Positions 60,155 to 64,000 of a stretch of DNA of 64,000 bases are shown here, one piece after another; within the stretch, counting starts at the first letter, position 1, and every line of letters starts with the position of its first letter. The DNA lies in NCBI GenBank assembly GCA_903827265.1, contig CAIKHN010000009.1, positions 151 to 64,150 of the forward strand, in the 5' to 3' direction. Source of the DNA: Candidatus Uhrbacteria bacterium. Lineage in GTDB: Bacteria; Patescibacteriota; Patescibacteriia; UBA9934. The notes beneath the pieces are model-generated. The model saw nothing but the letters and a program-made list of their open reading frames with translations. It had not been told where the DNA came from and ran no database searches. The translations under genes were made by a program, and so were the position numbers.

Positions 60155-60613
60155 ATGGACACCAATACCTACATCTCTGCCGCTGGCCTTCAGGGGCTGA
60201 AAGACGAATTAGTGAACCGTATTAAGGTTTTACGTCCGGAAATTGCGCAAAAAATCAGTGAAGCAAAGGAAATGGGTGATTTAAGCGAGAATTTTGCGTA
60301 TCACGAGGCAAAAGAGCAGCAAGCACAAAACGAAATGCGTATTGTTGATATTCAGGAAATGATCGTAAACGCCGTTGTCGTCGAGGAGAGAGTCGGTGGC
60401 GCGATTGGATTAGGATCCACGTTCGTCGTCGACGTGAATGGCGGGAAAAAGACTTACGAAATCGTTGGTGAGAACGAGGCAGATCCTATTGCCGGAAAAA
60501 TCAGTAACGTTTCTCCGCTTGGAAGCGCATTTATGGGTAAGAAAGTGGGCGAAACCGTGCACGCGGAAGTCCCTTCAGGTACCATTGAGTACAAAATTGC
60601 TGAAGTGAAATAG
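60155..60613 (+). CDS. greA: Transcription elongation factor GreA
   Basis: GDLSENFAYHEAK, ISNVSPLG; precedes lysS. Confidence 0.93.
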   Translation: MDTNTYISAAGLQGLKDELVNRIKVLRPEIAQKISEAKEMGDLSENFAYHEAKEQQAQNEMRIVDIQEMIVNAVVVEERVGGAIGLGSTFVVDVNGGKKTYEIVGENEADPIAGKISNVSPLGSAFMGKKVGETVHAEVPSGTIEYKIAEVK

Positions 60614-60617
60614 CCAT

Positions 60618-62090
60618 ATGACCAACGAAGAAGTAGTGCGACGCGAGCGGCTTACTTCCATTCTGGCACAGGGAATTGATGCGTATCCCGCAGGAAGCAA
60701 TCGGACACACACAACGAGCGATGCGCTCGGGGCATTCGACGATCTTCTCGCTTCACAACGCGCGGTAACCATTTCTGGTCGCATTATTGCAATGCGCCAT
60801 ATTGGTGCGCTTTCGTTCCTACGTGTTCTTGACGGCACCGGCGCGATGCAGGTTGTTCTTCGAAAGGACGATCTTGGCGAGGCGTATACATTTCTTGTCG
60901 ACCATCTCGATGTTGGTGACATCATAGAAGTTTCAGGCGTTGCGTACGTTACAAAGACCGGAGAAAAATCCATTCTTGCGCAGTCGGCGACAATGCTTGC
61001 AAAAGCGCTGCAGCCACTTCCGGAAAAATGGAACGGACTGCAGGATATTGAAATCCGATACCGTCATCGCGAACTGGATCTTATTTCCAATCCTGAGGTT
61101 CGCGACAGACTCGTCATGCGCTCAAAGTTCATTGCGTCGATGCGCCGTTTCCTTGACGATTCCGGATATCTTGAAGTCGAAACACCAATTCTTCAATCTA
61201 TTCCTGGTGGCGCAAGCGCGCGCCCGTTCACCACGCATCACAACGCACTTGATGCTGATTTTTATCTTCGTATCGCGACAGAGCTCTCGTTGAAGCGGCT
61301 TGTGGTTGGCGGTATGGAAAAAGTGTACGAAATTGGCCGCTGTTTCCGCAATGAAGGAATCGATTATTCGCACAACCCAGAGTTCACAATGCTTGAGCTG
61401 TATTGTGCGTATGCAAAAAAAGAAGAATTTATTTCGTTCAACGAAGAAATTCTTCGTCATGCACTTCGTGGTGCAACGGGGTCAACCGTCGCAACGATCG
61501 ACGGCACAATGGTCGACTTCGGAACATCGTTCCCACGCATCACGTTCCGTGAATCAATCATGAATGCATGCGGAATTGATATCGACACCCTTAAAACCGA
61601 AAAAGACATCGAGTCTGCCGCGAAAGCACAAAAGCTCGCGATCGACTTTACTGGCTGTATTGGCGTGGGTGAATATCTTGACGCGCTGTACAAAAAAACC
61701 GGACGCGCAGCAATCAGTACTCCAACATGGGTATTCGATTACCCGGTTGAATTAAAGCCTCTCGCGCGTCAAAACCCAGAAGACCCTTCAAAGAGTGCAT
61801 GCGCACAGCTTGTTATTCTTGGTGCGGAAATTGTGAACATGTATTATTTCGAACTCAACAATCCTGTTGATCAGCGATCACGCTTCGAGGCGCAAGAAGC
61901 ACTGCGAGAGCAGGGGAGTGAAGAAGCGCAATATCTTGACGAAGATTTCCTTTCTGCGCTCGAGCACGGTATGCCGCCAACAAGCGGCGTCGGAATCGGT
62001 ATTGATCGTCTTATCGCATTCTTAACTGGCGCACCAAACCTCAAGGAAGTTATTGCGTTCCCAACGCTCAAGCCAGAGCGTCACGAATAA
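60618..62090 (+). CDS. lysS: Lysine--tRNA ligase (class II)
   Basis: GGASARPF, FRNEG, HNPEFT, GMPP..G.GIGIDRL. Confidence 0.96.
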   Translation: MTNEEVVRRERLTSILAQGIDAYPAGSNRTHTTSDALGAFDDLLASQRAVTISGRIIAMRHIGALSFLRVLDGTGAMQVVLRKDDLGEAYTFLVDHLDVGDIIEVSGVAYVTKTGEKSILAQSATMLAKALQPLPEKWNGLQDIEIRYRHRELDLISNPEVRDRLVMRSKFIASMRRFLDDSGYLEVETPILQSIPGGASARPFTTHHNALDADFYLRIATELSLKRLVVGGMEKVYEIGRCFRNEGIDYSHNPEFTMLELYCAYAKKEEFISFNEEILRHALRGATGSTVATIDGTMVDFGTSFPRITFRESIMNACGIDIDTLKTEKDIESAAKAQKLAIDFTGCIGVGEYLDALYKKTGRAAISTPTWVFDYPVELKPLARQNPEDPSKSACAQLVILGAEIVNMYYFELNNPVDQRSRFEAQEALREQGSEEAQYLDEDFLSALEHGMPPTSGVGIGIDRLIAFLTGAPNLKEVIAFPTLKPERHE

Positions 62091-62091
62091 T

Positions 62092-62499
62092 ATGAGTACC
62101 GGACTGCTTTTTGGCGCATTCGATGGCTTGCATGAAGGACATCGGGCAATGCTAAAGGAGGCGCGCACACATGCCGAGCACCTTATTGTCGCGCTTCCAC
62201 CAGATACCGTCATTTACGAACTAAAAGGCAAGGCTGCACGATTTTCTTGGAAGGAGCGTGCAAAAGCGCTGTGGGAATCTGAGCTCGTCGACGAAGTAAT
62301 TCGTGGCGATGAATCCCTCGGAATGTACAGCGCGATTGATACAAAGCACCCGGATATCATTTTCGTCGGCTACGATCAACACCATCTCGCAAATGATTTG
62401 GCGTCGTATCTTGCAAACGATGGGAAAACAATCCCGATCATTACACTTTCACCATATAAGCCTGATCGATATAAATCATCCCTGATCAATGCCGTATGA
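62092..62499 (+). CDS. Cytidylyltransferase-like nucleotidyltransferase (FAD synthase/TagD-like)
   Basis: GAFDGLHEGH, GYDQ, YKSS. Confidence 0.85.
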   Translation: MSTGLLFGAFDGLHEGHRAMLKEARTHAEHLIVALPPDTVIYELKGKAARFSWKERAKALWESELVDEVIRGDESLGMYSAIDTKHPDIIFVGYDQHHLANDLASYLANDGKTIPIITLSPYKPDRYKSSLINAV

Positions 62500-63758
62500 T
62501 CGACATGAAATTGCTCCGTGAACAACCAGAAAAAATTCGCAACGCTGCAAAAGCGAAGGGCGTTACGATCGACACTGATCGCATCATTGAACTCGATCGC
62601 AAAGCTCGTGCGCTTTTAAGTGAAATCGAAGCAACAAAGGCAAAGAAAAACGTTGCCTCTGATGCAATTGCAAAAGCAAGCCCCGAACAGCGAAAGGCGC
62701 TTATTGAAGAAATGCGCGCTGTCGATCAGTCGTCAGGTGGAATCGACGCTGAATTCTTAACCGTAAATACCGAACTTCAAGAGTTACTTTTGCGTATTCC
62801 AAACCCAGCACTCGACGACGTTATTGTCGGCGCATCGGACGAAGAAAATACTGTATTACGCACAGTGGGCGAGCAGCCAAAGTTTGACTTTGAACCAAAA
62901 GATCACCAAACGATCGGTGAGAACCTTGGCATTATCGACATGAAGCGTGCGGCGAAAGTGAGTGGCGCACGATTCGTCTACTACGTTGGCGACGGTGCAA
63001 TGTTGGAACTCGCACTGGTGGATTTTGGTATGCGTATCGCTATGAAACACGGCTTCGTTCCAGTAACGGTTCCGCATCTCGTGAATTCACGATCAATGGC
63101 AGCCATGGGCTATCTTGAACACGGCGGACAGGACGAAATTTACTATCTGCAAAAGGATGATCTGTACCTTATCGGTACATCCGAGCAGGCGATCGGACCA
63201 ATGCACATGGACGAAATTATCGACCCTGCAAAGCTCCCGCTCCGCTACGTTGGCGTATCGCCATGCTATCGCCGAGAATCTGGAAGCGCCGGAAAAGACA
63301 CCAAGGGTACTATTCGCGTCCACCAGTTTACGAAAGTGGAAATGTTCGGATTCTGTAAAGCAGAAGATTCTGTTGCGGAACACGAAGCGATTCTCGCAAT
63401 TGAAGAAGAGCTCCTCACGGCACTCGGATTGCCGTACCATGTGCTCAATATTTGTACTGGCGACTTAGGACTTCCAGCGGCAAAAAAGTGGGACACTGAA
63501 GTATGGTTCCCAGCTCAGAACCGCTATCGTGAAGTGACATCAACAAGCAATTGCACAGACTTCCAGGGCCGTCGCTTGAACACACGGTATCGAACAGAAG
63601 AGGGAACAGAAGTCGTTCATACGGTAAATGGCACCGCATTTTCTGGCCGCCCAATCGCCGCGATTCTTGAAAACTTCCAGAATGCAGACGGAAGCGTGAC
63701 GATCCCTGAAGTTCTTCGCCCATTCATGAATGGCAAAGAACGCATTGCAGCAAAGTAA
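62496..63758 (+). CDS. serS: Serine--tRNA ligase
   Basis: GTSE, RVHQFTKVE, STSNCTDFQ.RRL, TVNGT. Confidence 0.97.
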   Translation: MIDMKLLREQPEKIRNAAKAKGVTIDTDRIIELDRKARALLSEIEATKAKKNVASDAIAKASPEQRKALIEEMRAVDQSSGGIDAEFLTVNTELQELLLRIPNPALDDVIVGASDEENTVLRTVGEQPKFDFEPKDHQTIGENLGIIDMKRAAKVSGARFVYYVGDGAMLELALVDFGMRIAMKHGFVPVTVPHLVNSRSMAAMGYLEHGGQDEIYYLQKDDLYLIGTSEQAIGPMHMDEIIDPAKLPLRYVGVSPCYRRESGSAGKDTKGTIRVHQFTKVEMFGFCKAEDSVAEHEAILAIEEELLTALGLPYHVLNICTGDLGLPAAKKWDTEVWFPAQNRYREVTSTSNCTDFQGRRLNTRYRTEEGTEVVHTVNGTAFSGRPIAAILENFQNADGSVTIPEVLRPFMNGKERIAAK

Positions 63759-63759
63759 C

Positions 63760-64000
63760 ATGTTGCTTCGTGGAGCAAAGACGTGGGTCGAGGTTTCACG
63801 TTCGGCGATGGAACAAAACATCGCCGCGCTTCGGACGTTCCTGAATCCAGAGTCAATCTTTTGCGCGGTTGTGAAAGCAAACGCATACGGTGCAGGGCTT
63901 CGAGAGGCAATTACTATTGCCGCTGAATGCAATATCGACACGTTCGCCGTCGATAGTATCGACGAAGCTCTCATCGTTCGCGAACTCGCCGCAGACGCAA
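63760..64000 (+). CDS. alr: Alanine racemase, N-terminal part (runs off the window)
   Basis: Translated by hand: TWVEVSRSAMEQN...AVVKANAYGAG...FAVDSIDEAL. Confidence 0.85.
   Translation, partial: MLLRGAKTWVEVSRSAMEQNIAALRTFLNPESIFCAVVKANAYGAGLREAITIAAECNIDTFAVDSIDEALIVRELAADA

Overview
Chromosomal segment of a small-genome bacterium. Patescibacteria/CPR (probably Parcubacteria/ABY1, Uhrbacteria-like) is inferred from DUF5671/DUF5663/DUF2914-type genes, a CPR-type surface domain, short ProRS/MetRS and scarce Shine-Dalgarno motifs. TGA is used as stop (code 11). Housekeeping content: engB, trhO, two ABC-F ATPases, two Gre factors, msrB, proS, pepA, ahpC, rsmI, metG, tatD, a full F0F1 ATP synthase operon, a UvrD-nuclease fusion, mreBC(D)-mrdA, lysS, serS and the start of alr. 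I found no tRNA, rRNA, CRISPR array or intact transposase. The most unusual signals are non-coding. (1) A ~1 kb gap between msrB and proS holds two tandem, extensively base-paired candidate large RNAs that I cannot assign to a known family. (2) Several families of modular palindromic intergenic elements occur, including a ~330-360 bp IR-bounded element present in opposite orientations behind the same flank, a 22-bp palindrome inserted with short duplications into two different elements, and REP-like pairs that bracket orphan genes. (3) Two Hyf/Ehr-like membrane subunits near the atp operon appear to lack their proton-translocating residues. All family calls come from motif recognition by eye, not database searches.
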